A DNA stretch of 32,000 nt from NCBI RefSeq assembly GCF_016592615.1, contig NZ_AP013043.1:1080001-1112000 (forward strand). The letters run 5' to 3'. The position numbers and the translations under genes are program-made. Source of the DNA: Isorropodon fossajaponicum endosymbiont JTNG4 (GTDB taxonomy: Bacteria; Pseudomonadota; Gammaproteobacteria; PS1; Pseudothioglobaceae). Below the pieces are notes generated by a model. That model had not been told where the DNA came from and searched no databases. It worked only from the letters and a program-made list of their open reading frames with translations. Below, piece after piece: positions 8,146 through 19,437 of the stretch. Within the stretch, counting starts at the first letter, position 1. The number at the start of each line of letters is the position of its first letter.

Positions 8146-8402
8146 TATTCTAGGTCACTATCGTCAACCAAAGTAGCGTCCAACCATTCACTATCAATTT
8201 GCTCCTTGCCGAATAATTTTATATGGTTTTTTATACTTTCTTGCCAGCCATCTCTAGCTGTTATACTTTTATGAGGTTTTATTAATAATCCCTCATTTAC
8301 TACTTTTAGCTCAAGTTCAAGACCACTTAAATGTGCCTGTTCTATAATTGGCTTAGGAATTCTAATACCCTGTGAGTTGCCAATTTGAATTAAATATGTC
8401 AT
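8145..8402 (-). CDS. mazE: type II antitoxin, MazE/AbrB (SpoVT) family
   Basis: 85 aa. IQIGNSQGIRIPKPIIEQAHL...LELKVVNEGLLIKP is a swapped-hairpin AbrB-like motif, followed by an acidic C-terminus. Lies immediately upstream of mazF. Confidence 0.8.
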   Translation of the reverse strand: MTYLIQIGNSQGIRIPKPIIEQAHLSGLELELKVVNEGLLIKPHKSITARDGWQESIKNHIKLFGKEQIDSEWLDATLVDDSDLE

Positions 8403-8432
8403 TATATTTCTCTCTTAATAAATATTTCTTAT

Positions 8433-8451
8433 GTAATTATAACGTAATTAC
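8433..8451. promoter_or_regulatory. inverted repeat in the mazEF promoter region (candidate MazE operator)
   Basis: GTAATTA-TAACG-TAATTAC, located 31-49 nt upstream of the mazE ATG on the minus strand. Confidence 0.4.
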
Positions 8452-8900
8452 TTTTATTAATAAGTGCACTCGAAAATTAGGAAACGGTATCAGGGATGAC
8501 AAACAACACTCTATGTTAAAATTCATATCTTTTGCAATAGTCTAATTTTATTGGACACAAAGATAGCCTTATAATACAAACCATAAGGAGGTCAGTAATG
8601 ACACAATATAAATCAAGAAAACAACGAGTGACTTTTACCGTTGAACATTCTGTTCAATACCCCCTTGAGGGGGGAACACTAGATTATGCCAAACTCATGG
8701 TGCATGAGAATTACACCAATAAAAAAAATCATGATAATATCAGGAGCTTGCTCCTCAGCAGTTAGCAGATGGAGAAAACAATACCTAGCAGAGCTTGGTG
8801 GACAAACACCAGAGTCAGGCAAAGCGCTGACTTCTGAACAACAAACAATACAACTGCTTGAGAAACAACTTTGGCGCGCACAAAGGGACAATGAAATCTT

Positions 8901-9804
<904 letters not shown>

Positions 9805-9982
9805 AATGTGTCCAAGTAGGTTAGAGCATTGCAATATTTTGGCAGTATCATTTTAAGATTACTTCCAATTAATTTATAGTACTTTATATGCTGTAACGCC
9901 CTATAAAACAATCCTTTATTTTACATTACTTATTTTGCAAGTCAAGAAATTAAAGCATTCGCTTGTCTTCTTAGTTGTTATA

Positions 9983-10253
9983 CTAAAGTTTTCGTCTATC
10001 AAGTTGAACAAGTAAATCAATGACTTGATGAGGGTCAATTTCTAAAGCTTTGCAATATTCAATTACCGCTACAATGTCTAAGCGTCTATCGTCCTGTTTC
10101 AACTTTACTAATAAGAGAGCGGGGTACTTGTAACCTTGCTGCTAAGGCTCTTTGAGACAAGCCTAACTTATCATCTCTTTGCTTAAGCCAAAACTGACGT
10201 AAAGCAGTATGCACCTTGGAATGAACTGACTGTCTAAGTTTAATGTGTTTCAT
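9983..10253 (-). pseudogene. XRE-family HTH regulator (HipB/HigA-like), single frameshift
   Basis: MKHIKLRQSVHSKVHTALRQFWLKQRDDKLGLSQRALAARLQVPRSLISKVETGR, stop at 10088-10086. The +1 frame continues DRRLDIVAVIEYCKALEIDPHQVIDLLVQLDRRKL to a stop at 9985-9983. Together these give the canonical ...SK.E.G.RRLD..E pattern. Confidence 0.6.
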
Positions 10254-10450
10254 TATTCCTATTTTAGAAACAATATATAATGCGCCTATTCTAGGAGCAA
10301 ACAAAACAACACAAAATGAAAACACATAAGCACAATCCACTAATGGCAGTTGGCCTGTCTGGTGCTAGTGCTGGTATTATTCACGACTCGAAAAAGCCAA
10401 GAAAAAAAGAAAAAGGGCGTTAAAAGAAGGGTGCCACTCTTGGCTTTACT

Positions 10451-11479
10451 TTAAATAAGTTTCCAACTAAGTATTTTGGTTGCCATAAATGGCACAATAT
10501 CGCTATGAGCAAAAGGATAGCTTGCTGGTACAGTCCAATCTTGCTTTTTGAGTGTAATGGTCTGTGTATTATGAGGCAAGTTATAAAAATCTGCACCGAA
10601 TTTTGAGGCAAACCCTTCCAACTTATCTAGTGCATTTTGGTGTTCAAAAACCGTCGCATAAAGTTCAATGGCGCAATGTGCGGTAAAAATACCAGCACAA
10701 CCGCGGACAGATTCTTTATCCGTCTTAGCATGTGGCGCAGAATCTGTACCTAAGAAAAATTTAGTATTGCCACTGGTTGCAGCGTCTAATAGTGCCAATT
10801 GATGCGGATTTTTACGCTTTAAGACTGGTAAACAAAAGTAATGTGGCTTGATACCACCTACCAACATATCGTTCCTATTGGCCAAAAGATGGTGTGGTGT
10901 AATAGTTGCTGCTATTTTATGATGACTTGCCAAAACAAAATCAACAGCGTCTTTAGTGGTAATGTGTTCAAACACGACTTTCAACTCAGGAAAATTACTC
11001 ACCACTCGAGTCAACACCTCATCAATAAACACCGCCTCGCGGTCGAAAATATCCACCTCGCTACGCGTTACTTCACCGTGCACCAAAAATGGCATGCCTA
11101 ATTTTTGCATACTCTCCAGCGTTGGATACAGTTTGGCAATATCAGTCACGCCACTATCTGAATTGGTCGTTGTCCCTGCAGGATACAACTTAGTTGCTAC
11201 AACGCCATTATCAATCGCCTCTTGAATATCTTTAGGCGTGGTGTTGTCGGTCAAATATAAGACCATCAATGGATTAAATTTGCTGCCTTTTGGCAAAGCA
11301 GATAAAATTTCTTCTTTATAAGCACGCGCCTGAGTAGCGTTAGTCACAGGCGGGTTTAAATTAGGCATAATAATTGCTCTGCCCATTTGCGCCGCCGTCA
11401 TGCCAATAATTGATTTTAATGCTGCGCCTGAGCGCACGTGTAAATGCCAGTCATCCGGCTGAATCATTTTAAATTGCAT
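10451..11479 (-). CDS. pyrC: dihydroorotase (homodimeric/class II type)
   Basis: 342 aa with [11 protein letters not shown] and GTDSAPHAK motifs. The alternative start at 11467 (MIQPDDWH) would remove the 11-nt overlap with anmK. Confidence 0.93.
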   Translation of the reverse strand: MQFKMIQPDDWHLHVRSGAALKSIIGMTAAQMGRAIIMPNLNPPVTNATQARAYKEEILSALPKGSKFNPLMVLYLTDNTTPKDIQEAIDNGVVATKLYPAGTTTNSDSGVTDIAKLYPTLESMQKLGMPFLVHGEVTRSEVDIFDREAVFIDEVLTRVVSNFPELKVVFEHITTKDAVDFVLASHHKIAATITPHHLLANRNDMLVGGIKPHYFCLPVLKRKNPHQLALLDAATSGNTKFFLGTDSAPHAKTDKESVRGCAGIFTAHCAIELYATVFEHQNALDKLEGFASKFGADFYNLPHNTQTITLKKQDWTVPASYPFAHSDIVPFMATKILSWKLI

Positions 11480-12527
11480 AAATCGCTCCTAGCACTCTTT
11501 CACCCTTAGCGCCTGTTACTGATGGTAAATTTGACGGCAGACCTGCTAAAGTTCGTTGGGCAAAAAAACCAAATGCAGTAGCTTCTACATAATCCACAAA
11601 TACGCCCAAATCATTAGTCAGTGTAACCTTGTTATCAGGGTTTTGACAAGCCAAACGCTCAAACAAAAATAAATTGTGTACACCACCACCACACAAATAT
11701 ACATCTACACCTAAGGGAATGTTTGCAGAAATGCTCATTACTGTGAGCTCTATTAGAGTTCTTTGCACATCTTCAGGTGGCTCAGTGCCATTTAAATGTT
11801 GCGATAACCAGTCTAAATTAAAATATTCTGGGCCTGTGCTTTTAGGGTGTTCTTGATGGAAATAATCATCTGAAAGCATTGAGTTTAATAAGGATTGATT
11901 CACTAACCCAGAACGCGACCAAATACCGTCTCGATCATAATCTAATCCTTTGTTCTTTTTTATCCAGTTGTCTAGTAATGTATTAGCAGGACCTGTGTCA
12001 AACCCGATTACCTCGCCATTAAAGCTGTGGGTGATATTAGCAATGCCACCCAAATTAATAATGACACCGTCTTTGCCACTAAGCATGTGCTGATGATAAA
12101 GCGGTGTGAGTGGCGCACCTTGCCCACCAGCAGCCACATCTTGCATACGAAAATCAGCCACTGTGGTAATACTCGTCTGCTCAGCAATCAATGCACCGTG
12201 GCCAATTTGCATTGAATACTTGCTACCTTGGTGGAAAATGCTTTGCCCATGTGAGCCGATTGCTTTAATATTCTTTGCCTCAAGCCCCGCTTGTTGCAAT
12301 AATAAATGTACTGTGTCAGCAAAGTAACCCGCCACTTGAATGTCAATATTAGCCAGGTTTTCTAATGAGGTTTTTGAATTTTGGGTAAGCTCTAATAGGC
12401 TTTGTTTTAGCTTGTCAGAGTAGGGTAGATAGGCTTGAGTTAATATTTTCCTGCCCGTCTCATCGATAATAACGCCATCAACGCCATCAAGACTGGTGCC
12501 TGACATTAAGCCAATGTAGTTAGCCAT
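11469..12527 (-). CDS. anmK: anhydro-N-acetylmuramic acid kinase
   Basis: [17 protein letters not shown]-terminus and an ASKHA-fold kinase length. I prefer the ATG at 12527 ([10 protein letters not shown]) over the ORF-track start at 12557. This ATG sits inside the secA end (CATGGCTAA), giving an 8-nt overlap. Confidence 0.9.
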   Translation of the reverse strand: MANYIGLMSGTSLDGVDGVIIDETGRKILTQAYLPYSDKLKQSLLELTQNSKTSLENLANIDIQVAGYFADTVHLLLQQAGLEAKNIKAIGSHGQSIFHQGSKYSMQIGHGALIAEQTSITTVADFRMQDVAAGGQGAPLTPLYHQHMLSGKDGVIINLGGIANITHSFNGEVIGFDTGPANTLLDNWIKKNKGLDYDRDGIWSRSGLVNQSLLNSMLSDDYFHQEHPKSTGPEYFNLDWLSQHLNGTEPPEDVQRTLIELTVMSISANIPLGVDVYLCGGGVHNLFLFERLACQNPDNKVTLTNDLGVFVDYVEATAFGFFAQRTLAGLPSNLPSVTGAKGERVLGAIYAI

Positions 12528-15198
12528 GACACTTTTTATATTTTTTGCCTGAGCCACAAGGGCAGGGGTCGTTTCGCCCTACTTTTTTCTCTTCTCTTTG
12601 GTATGTGTTTTGTTGGGCGGTCTCTACTTCGGCATCATCAACACCCAACGTTCCAACTTCTTCATGCTGAGCCTGCGCACCTTCATTGTTTTGCTGTTCA
12701 ACATCTGAGGCGTCAGTATTTTCATTAATGGTGACGCTTGATAGAGATTTAACAATTTCAATATTAATGGTGTCTAGCAGCGAGGTAAACATAGCAAACG
12801 ATTCGCGCTTATATTCTTGCGTTGGGTTTTTTTGCGCATAACCACGTAGATTAACACTTTGGCGTAAATAATCCATGGCTGCCAAATGCTCTTTCCAATA
12901 GTGATCGAGGGTCTGCAACATAACTGCTTTTTCAAATTCACGCATAGGCTCAGTACCAACCATGTCTTCTTTGTGGTCACAAATTGTGCTGAGTCCTTGG
13001 ATAATTCTTGATTGCAATTCATCAATATCAATACCCTCATCAAGCCATTGTTGTAATGGAAAATCGGCTGAATAGTCTGATTTTAGTGCATTATGCAAGC
13101 CTTCAACATCCCAATCCTCTTCCATCAATTCGGCTGAAATATAGTCTGCAAAAAGCTGCTCAATAACTTTTTCTCTAATACTGATAAAATGGTCTTGAAC
13201 ATCGCTAACACTCATCAAATCATCACGTAACTTATAGATAACTTTTCTTTGGTCATTGGCATCATCATCATATTCTAAAAGGTGTTTACGTGCATCATAG
13301 TTCATACCTTCTACTTTTCTTTGGGCATTTTCAATGGCTCGATTGACCATTTTGTGCTCAATCGCCTCGCCTTTTTCCATGCCCAATCTTTGCATCATAG
13401 AGGCCATTTTTTCGCTGGCAAAAATACGCATTAAATTATCTTCTAACGACAAATAAAAACGCGTTGAACCCACATCCCCCTGACGTGCAGAACGACCTCG
13501 TAATTGATTATCCACTCGGCGTGACTCGTTACGCTCTGTGCCTACAATATGCAAACCACCTGCCTTAATAACGTCATCATGCTGAATTTGCCAATCGATT
13601 TTTTGCTTATCCGTTGCCTCTTCAGGCAACTTACCACCGAGCACAATATCCGTACCTCGACCTGCCATATTGGTCGCAATGGTCACTGCACCAATACTAC
13701 CGGCATTGGCAATAATAACTGCCTCTCGTTCGTGTTGTTTGGCATTTAAAACTTCGTGTTTAATGTTATTTTTTTCTAATAAGGCGGAAATTAATTCTGA
13801 ATTTTCAATACTACTAGTGCCCACCAAAACTGGCTGTCCAGTTTGCTGACAATTAGCAACATCAAGCGCAATGGCTTCAAATTTTTCTTGCGTTGTTAAA
13901 TAAATTTGGTCTGATTTGTCTGCGCGTGCAGACGGCTTGTTAGGTGGAACAACCACAGTTTCCAGTCCGTAAATATCTTGAAATTCTACAGCTTCAGTAT
14001 CGGCAGTGCCTGTCATGCCTGAAAGTGTTGCGTAAAGTCTAAAATAGTTTTGAAAAGTAATTGAGGCGAGCGTTTGGTTTTCCTTTTTAATGCTCACCCC
14101 TTCTTTGGCTTCAATGGCCTGATGTAGCCCTTCTGACCAACGACGACCTGGCATAGTCCTGCCAGTAAATTCATCAACAATCACAACCTCGTCATCTTGC
14201 ACAATATAGTCCACATCTTTTTGGAATAAAATATGTGCACGTAATGCTGAGTTAATATGCTGCATTAGCAAAATATTGTTCGCATCATAAAGACTAGCAC
14301 CCTCTGGTAAGGCATCAGCATCAATTAACAAACGCTCGGCTTTGCCGTGGCCATCGTCAGTCAAAAATACTTGCTTGTGCTTTTCATCAACGGTGTAATC
14401 ACCTGCCACTTCGATGACTATTTCCTTGCCTTCGCCACTTTCTGTCTGCTTGGTAAAATTAGGAATCATATGATTAATGGCCTGATAAATTTGCGCATAA
14501 TCATCTGCTGGGCCAGAAATAATCAAAGGCGTTCTAGCCTCGTCAATTAAAATCGAATCCACCTCGTCCACAATGGCAAAATTAAGCACGCGTTGCACTT
14601 TTTGCTCAGAAGTAAATGCCATATTGTCACGAAGATAATCAAAACCTAGCTCATTATTAGTTGCATAGGCAATGTCACACAGATAAGCGGCTTGCTTATC
14701 TTCATGTGCCATATTTGAGGTAATAATGCCTACGCTCATGCCTAAAAAATCAAACACCTTACCCATCCACTGCGCATCACGAGTTGCTAAGTAATCATTC
14801 ACAGTAACTATGTGTACGCCTTTGCCACTAAGCGCATTAAGATAAGCAGGCAAAGTTGCCACTAAAGTTTTACCTTCGCCTGTACCCATCTCTGCGATGT
14901 TGCCATCATTAAGCACCATACCGCCAATGAGTTGCACATCATGGTGTCTAAGGCCTAGTACACGTATTGATGCTTCGCGAATTACGGCAAATGCCTCAAC
15001 AAGGATTGAATCTAGGGGTTCTTGATTGTTAATTCTGTCTTTAAATTCTTGGGTTTTAGACTTAAGTTGCTCGTCACTAAGCGCTTGCATGTTTGGTTCT
15101 AATTCAGTAATTTGACCAACAGTTTTGTATAATACCTTGATGAGTCGATCGTTTCTAGAACCAACAATCTTTGATAAAACTTTATTTATAATACTCAT
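12520..15198 (-). CDS. secA: preprotein translocase ATPase SecA
   Basis: 892 aa. Walker [29 protein letters not shown]-terminal zinc motif [14 protein letters not shown]. Confidence 0.98.
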   Translation of the reverse strand: MSIINKVLSKIVGSRNDRLIKVLYKTVGQITELEPNMQALSDEQLKSKTQEFKDRINNQEPLDSILVEAFAVIREASIRVLGLRHHDVQLIGGMVLNDGNIAEMGTGEGKTLVATLPAYLNALSGKGVHIVTVNDYLATRDAQWMGKVFDFLGMSVGIITSNMAHEDKQAAYLCDIAYATNNELGFDYLRDNMAFTSEQKVQRVLNFAIVDEVDSILIDEARTPLIISGPADDYAQIYQAINHMIPNFTKQTESGEGKEIVIEVAGDYTVDEKHKQVFLTDDGHGKAERLLIDADALPEGASLYDANNILLMQHINSALRAHILFQKDVDYIVQDDEVVIVDEFTGRTMPGRRWSEGLHQAIEAKEGVSIKKENQTLASITFQNYFRLYATLSGMTGTADTEAVEFQDIYGLETVVVPPNKPSARADKSDQIYLTTQEKFEAIALDVANCQQTGQPVLVGTSSIENSELISALLEKNNIKHEVLNAKQHEREAVIIANAGSIGAVTIATNMAGRGTDIVLGGKLPEEATDKQKIDWQIQHDDVIKAGGLHIVGTERNESRRVDNQLRGRSARQGDVGSTRFYLSLEDNLMRIFASEKMASMMQRLGMEKGEAIEHKMVNRAIENAQRKVEGMNYDARKHLLEYDDDANDQRKVIYKLRDDLMSVSDVQDHFISIREKVIEQLFADYISAELMEEDWDVEGLHNALKSDYSADFPLQQWLDEGIDIDELQSRIIQGLSTICDHKEDMVGTEPMREFEKAVMLQTLDHYWKEHLAAMDYLRQSVNLRGYAQKNPTQEYKRESFAMFTSLLDTINIEIVKSLSSVTINENTDASDVEQQNNEGAQAQHEEVGTLGVDDAEVETAQQNTYQREEKKVGRNDPCPCGSGKKYKKCHG

Positions 15199-15250
15199 AT
15201 AGAATATATTTAAATTAATTTAAAAAACCTATTTTCTCATAGATATATAA

Positions 15251-15556
15251 ATGTGTCAGTATAAAACCCTAACAAATCTTGCAAGTTTTACACCCAGTGG
15301 TCAACTTGGTCAACTATTTACCCAAGCAAAGGCCTATAACCAAATCAATATTGATCTTGCTAAGCTTTTACCGAGCACATTAAAACCACTTGAATTGTGC
15401 TTAATTAAGAACAATACAGCAATATTAATAACTCACAATCAAGCCATTGCCTTTAGAGCTCAAAAGCAATTAGTGACATTGCTAGAACTTTTGATACAAA
15501 TACCAGCGCTTGAGTCTATAACACACATAGAAATCAAAATTAATATCAACAAATAG
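15251..15556 (+). CDS. small DUF721/DciA-like protein (tentative)
   Basis: 101 aa, divergent from secA. The pattern LPSTLKPLELCLIKNNTAILITHNQAIAFRAQKQLVTLLELL resembles the DUF721 core (...l..g.L.l.v.s.a.a..lr.....ll..l). Assignment is from memory only. Confidence 0.35.
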   Translation: MCQYKTLTNLASFTPSGQLGQLFTQAKAYNQINIDLAKLLPSTLKPLELCLIKNNTAILITHNQAIAFRAQKQLVTLLELLIQIPALESITHIEIKININK

Positions 15557-15659
15557 CGCTCATAACAATTATCTATTACATAAAGCTGATATACATTATA
15601 ATGATTGGGGTCTAAAATTAGATTTTATTTCGAATTTTCAAAATAAAGGATTGAGCCCT

Positions 15660-16256
15660 ATGTCAGAACAAGAGATAGACTTAAAGAAAAGGCGTTTTTT
15701 AACGGGCGCTACAAGCGTGGTTGGTGCGGTAGGTGTTGGTTTTGTACTGGTGCCCTTTTTATCATCATGGATGCCTTCAGCAAGAGCAAAAGCTGCTGGT
15801 GCGCCCGTTGATGTTGATATTAGCAAGTTAGACAATGGACAATTGGTTAGAGTTCTATGGCGGAAAAAGCCCGTTTGGATTTTTAAGCGTGACAAAATAA
15901 CCATTGAAAATTTAAGCACGCTGGACAGTGTCTTAACCGACCCTGATAGTAATGAGCTCTCTCAACAACCAGAATACGCTAAAAATCTTTATCGCTCAAT
16001 CAATCCTGATATTGCCGTTATTGTTGGCGTTTGCACCCATTTAGGCTGTTCGCCAACCTATAGACCTGAACTGGGTGCTGCCGATCTTGGTGGAGATTCA
16101 TGGAAAGGTGGTTTTTACTGCCCTTGCCATGGCTCTAAGTTTGACTTAGCAGGCAGAGTTTATGCGGGCGTTCCAGCACCAACAAATTTGGTCATTCCGC
16201 CTTATCATTTTGTCGCCGATTCTCTCATTCGAATTGGCATTGACCCAAAAGCATAA
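15660..16256 (+). CDS. petA: ubiquinol-cytochrome c reductase Rieske iron-sulfur subunit
   Basis: Tat signal KKRRFLTG. Rieske boxes CTHLGCSP and CPCHGSKFD. ATG at 15660 is preceded by AAAGGA; the ORF-track TTG at 15651 is less likely. Confidence 0.93.
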   Translation: MSEQEIDLKKRRFLTGATSVVGAVGVGFVLVPFLSSWMPSARAKAAGAPVDVDISKLDNGQLVRVLWRKKPVWIFKRDKITIENLSTLDSVLTDPDSNELSQQPEYAKNLYRSINPDIAVIVGVCTHLGCSPTYRPELGAADLGGDSWKGGFYCPCHGSKFDLAGRVYAGVPAPTNLVIPPYHFVADSLIRIGIDPKA

Positions 16257-16269
16257 TCAGGAGAATAGG

Positions 16270-17493
16270 ATGGATAACAACAAAAACTGGATTGATCAAA
16301 GATTCCCACTAACCAAAGTTTGGAACGAGCATTTAGCAGAATATTACACCCCTAGAAATTTTAATTTTTGGTATTTTTTTGGCTCGTTAGCCATGCTGGT
16401 ATTGGTCATGCAGATTGTAACAGGCATTTTCTTAACTATGCATTTTAAGCCTGATGCGGCGTATGCCTTTGCTTCAGTTGAATACATTATGCGTGATGTT
16501 GACTGGGGTTGGCTCATTCGCTACCTACACTCAACAGGCGCCTCTGCTTTTTTTATTGTTATTTATTTACACATGTATCGTGGCTTGCTTTATGGTTCAT
16601 ATAAAGCCCCACGTGAGTTGATTTGGATTTTAGGCATGGTGCTATATATTGCATTAATGGCGGAAGCCTTTATGGGCTATGTATTGCCGTGGGGACAAAT
16701 GTCATATTGGGGTGCACAAGTTATTATCTCTTTATTTGGCTCAGTGCCTGTATTTGGTCCAGACATCCTAACTTTTATCTTAGGTGACTATGCGGTTGGC
16801 GACCCTGCTCTAAACCGCTTCTTTTCATTACACGTGATTGCTTTACCGTTGATTTTAGTTATTTTGGTGTTTTTGCACATTGTGGCATTACACACAGTAG
16901 GCTCAAACAATCCAGACGGGATAGAAATCAAGAAAAATAAAGACAAAGATGGCACTCCTAAAGATGGCATTCCGTTTCACCCATACTATAGTGTTAAGGA
17001 TATTGTGGGCGTGGTGGTATTTTTAATGATTTTCTCAGCTGTTGTGTTTTTCGCTCCAGCAATGAATGGCTACTTCTTAGAAAATGCCAATTTTATTGAG
17101 GCAAACCCACTTAAAACACCTGATCATATTGCACCACTTTGGTACTTAACGCCTTTTTACTCAGTATTAAGAGCTATTCCACCCATGTTCGGTTCACAAT
17201 TCCCAGGCGTTGTTGGTATGTTTGCAGCACTATTAATTTTAATTGCACTACCGTGGTTAGACAGATCTAGCGTAAAGTCAATCCGCTATCGCTCATGGCC
17301 TTATAAAGTCGCCCTAGGGATTTTTGTGATTAGTTTTGTCGCACTTGGCTACTTAGGTATGCAGCCAGTAACACCCATTAATGTGCTACTAGCAAGAGTA
17401 TTTACAGTCACTTATTTTGGATTCTTTATCTTAATGCCTTGGTTTACCTCCATTGGAAAAACCAAACCAGTGCCAACAAGAGTAACGGAGTAA
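16270..17493 (+). CDS. petB: cytochrome b
   Basis: Start taken at ATG 16270 (MDNNKNWIDQRFPL) after SD AGGAGAA; the ORF-track start at 16162 overlaps petA. Multi-TM protein with LRYLHSTGASAFF and PLWYLTPFYSVLRAIP motifs. Confidence 0.95.
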   Translation: MDNNKNWIDQRFPLTKVWNEHLAEYYTPRNFNFWYFFGSLAMLVLVMQIVTGIFLTMHFKPDAAYAFASVEYIMRDVDWGWLIRYLHSTGASAFFIVIYLHMYRGLLYGSYKAPRELIWILGMVLYIALMAEAFMGYVLPWGQMSYWGAQVIISLFGSVPVFGPDILTFILGDYAVGDPALNRFFSLHVIALPLILVILVFLHIVALHTVGSNNPDGIEIKKNKDKDGTPKDGIPFHPYYSVKDIVGVVVFLMIFSAVVFFAPAMNGYFLENANFIEANPLKTPDHIAPLWYLTPFYSVLRAIPPMFGSQFPGVVGMFAALLILIALPWLDRSSVKSIRYRSWPYKVALGIFVISFVALGYLGMQPVTPINVLLARVFTVTYFGFFILMPWFTSIGKTKPVPTRVTE

Positions 17494-18363
17494 ATGATGA
17501 AAAAACAATTACACACAGCACTAGTAGCAGTTGCGATTTTAACTTTCTCTTTTAATGTATTCGCATCAACTGAAGTTCATCTAGATTATGCTAATACTGA
17601 CATCAATGATAAAAAATCGTTGCAAAGAGGTGCAAAGTTATTTATGAATTACTGCTCCGGTTGTCATTCAATCTGGTTCATGCGCTACAATCGTATTGGA
17701 AAGGACTTATTCTTAGATGGTATCATTGCCGCTTATGAGAAAGCAAAAGTGGCTGCATTAAGTAATCAGCCGCTAGAACATGGCGACTTTGTAGCTCTTT
17801 CAAGGGCGTTTGATAATGAAATCACTAATCTCGACCAAGCTAAAAGTTTTTTTGCAAAAATTTCTAAAGAAGAAATTGAAAAGAACTTAATAAAAGCCAC
17901 TGATAAAGAGGTGGAAAAAAACCTAATATTTACCGATGAAAAAGTAGGCTCACTAATCACTTCAGCCATGCCTGTTTCTGATGCCAATCAATGGTTTGGC
18001 AACAACCCGGACTTATCTTTAGTGTCACGCTCAAAGGGCGTAGATTGGATATACTCTTACTTACGGGGGTTTTATAAAGACGATTCACGTGTGTTTGGTG
18101 TAAACAACCATATATTAGAAAACGCCTCCATGCCAGATGTTCTATGGCAGTTAAAACAAGACAAATCTAGCAAAGAATTTGATCAAGATATCAGAAATAT
18201 TACCAACTTCTTGGACTATGTTGGTGAGCCAGCTAAGCTAGTACGATTTGACCTTGGCATTAAAGTATTAGGCTTTTTGTTCATCTTGTTCATTTTTGCC
18301 TACTTGCTGAAAAAAGAATACTGGAAAGATGTTAAATACGGCAAATGGCGTGCTAAAGACTAA
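17494..18363 (+). CDS. petC: cytochrome c1 (with unusual ~65-aa insertion)
   Basis: Signal peptide, heme motif CSGCHS, PDLSLVSRSKGVDWIYSYLRGFY, the MP ligand region and a C-terminal TM anchor. Abuts the petB stop. Confidence 0.85.
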   Translation: MMKKQLHTALVAVAILTFSFNVFASTEVHLDYANTDINDKKSLQRGAKLFMNYCSGCHSIWFMRYNRIGKDLFLDGIIAAYEKAKVAALSNQPLEHGDFVALSRAFDNEITNLDQAKSFFAKISKEEIEKNLIKATDKEVEKNLIFTDEKVGSLITSAMPVSDANQWFGNNPDLSLVSRSKGVDWIYSYLRGFYKDDSRVFGVNNHILENASMPDVLWQLKQDKSSKEFDQDIRNITNFLDYVGEPAKLVRFDLGIKVLGFLFILFIFAYLLKKEYWKDVKYGKWRAKD

Positions 18364-18391
18364 TTTCTAATACAAGTAAAGTTCACTCTAT

Positions 18392-18424
18392 AAAACAGCG
18401 TTTTTAAAAACGCTGTTTTTATTA
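18392..18424 (+). terminator. rho-independent terminator after petABC
   Basis: Perfect 28-nt palindrome AAAACAGCGTTTTTAAAAACGCTGTTTT followed by a T-rich run. Confidence 0.6.
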
Positions 18425-18442
18425 TTTTTAAAGGTAATCATT

Positions 18443-19072
18443 ATGTTAACAAAACCTAATCCCGCTTCAACAACGCTTTATTCTTCACCGCAAGACATGG
18501 AATCCCATGCAGTGCGTTTCATCATGGCTGAGAAAAATATTGAAAGAGAAGTGTTAAATTTAAAGCTTGAGGAAATCCCTGAAGAAATTCTAGAGCTTAA
18601 CCCGTGCCAATCATTGCCCACTTTGTTTGACAGAGGGATTGTTTTATACGACCTTTCAGTGGTAATGGAATACCTTGATGAGCGCTTCCCATTTCCGCCA
18701 TTATTACCCGTGGATCCGATTGAAAAATCAGAAAAAAGATTGCTTATCTTTAGATTTACCAGAGCGCCTGGTTGTTGGTTTGAATTGGTAAACACCATTG
18801 AATCGGGTAGCAAGAAAGACGCTAATGAGGCGCGCAAAATCCTAAAGAGCAATCTGATTGAATTGGTACCTTTATTTGCTTATAAACCCTTCTTTAAGAG
18901 CGACGATATGACCATTGTTGATGCTTGCCTAGGCGCTTTATTATGGCGGTTAAAAAAGCTTGATATTAAGCTAGGCGCACCAGGAAAAGCCGTTACAGGT
19001 TATGCAAATAGACTTTTTGCCAGGGATAGCTTTAAAGCAAGCCTAACCGACTGCGAAAAAGAATATAACTAA
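18443..19072 (+). CDS. sspA: stringent starvation protein A (GST-like)
   Basis: 209 aa with a GST fold pattern (LNPCQSLPTLFDRGIVLYDLSVVMEYLDERFP). Sits directly upstream of sspB, the conserved pair downstream of petABC. Confidence 0.88.
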   Translation: MLTKPNPASTTLYSSPQDMESHAVRFIMAEKNIEREVLNLKLEEIPEEILELNPCQSLPTLFDRGIVLYDLSVVMEYLDERFPFPPLLPVDPIEKSEKRLLIFRFTRAPGCWFELVNTIESGSKKDANEARKILKSNLIELVPLFAYKPFFKSDDMTIVDACLGALLWRLKKLDIKLGAPGKAVTGYANRLFARDSFKASLTDCEKEYN

Positions 19073-19077
19073 AAACA

Positions 19078-19437
19078 ATGGTTGTGCCTTCTGTAGCACC
19101 CTACTTAATCAGAGCCTATCACGCATGGATGGAAGACACTGAGCTAACCCCTCACATATTAGTCGACTGTACCTACTCGGGCGTGGTTGTGCCAAAGCAA
19201 TTCATTCAACAAGACAAAATTGTTCTAAATATTGCTAGCAATGCAACTCATGACTTAGTTATCAATAATAACAATCTTAGCTTTAAAGCAAGGTTTTCTA
19301 ATAAATCAGTTGATATCTTTGTACCTATCAATGCGGTTGCTAGCATTTATGCGGGTGAAAATGGTGAAGGTATGTTTTTTGAAGTTGGAACTAAAACAAC
19401 CGAAGAAAAAAAACCAAACTTAACACTGCTTGACTAA
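19078..19437 (+). CDS. sspB: stringent starvation protein B (ClpXP adaptor)
   Basis: APYLIRAYHAWMEDTELTPHILVD matches the SspB N-terminal signature. 119 aa. Confidence 0.85.
   Translation: MVVPSVAPYLIRAYHAWMEDTELTPHILVDCTYSGVVVPKQFIQQDKIVLNIASNATHDLVINNNNLSFKARFSNKSVDIFVPINAVASIYAGENGEGMFFEVGTKTTEEKKPNLTLLD

Noticed and set aside
10394-10446. Inverted repeat AAGCCAAGA ... TCTTGGCTT as the pyrC terminator
   Set aside because: The stems are separated by about 35 nt, too large a loop for a confident intrinsic terminator, and the region also overlaps the speculative mini-ORF. Left unannotated.
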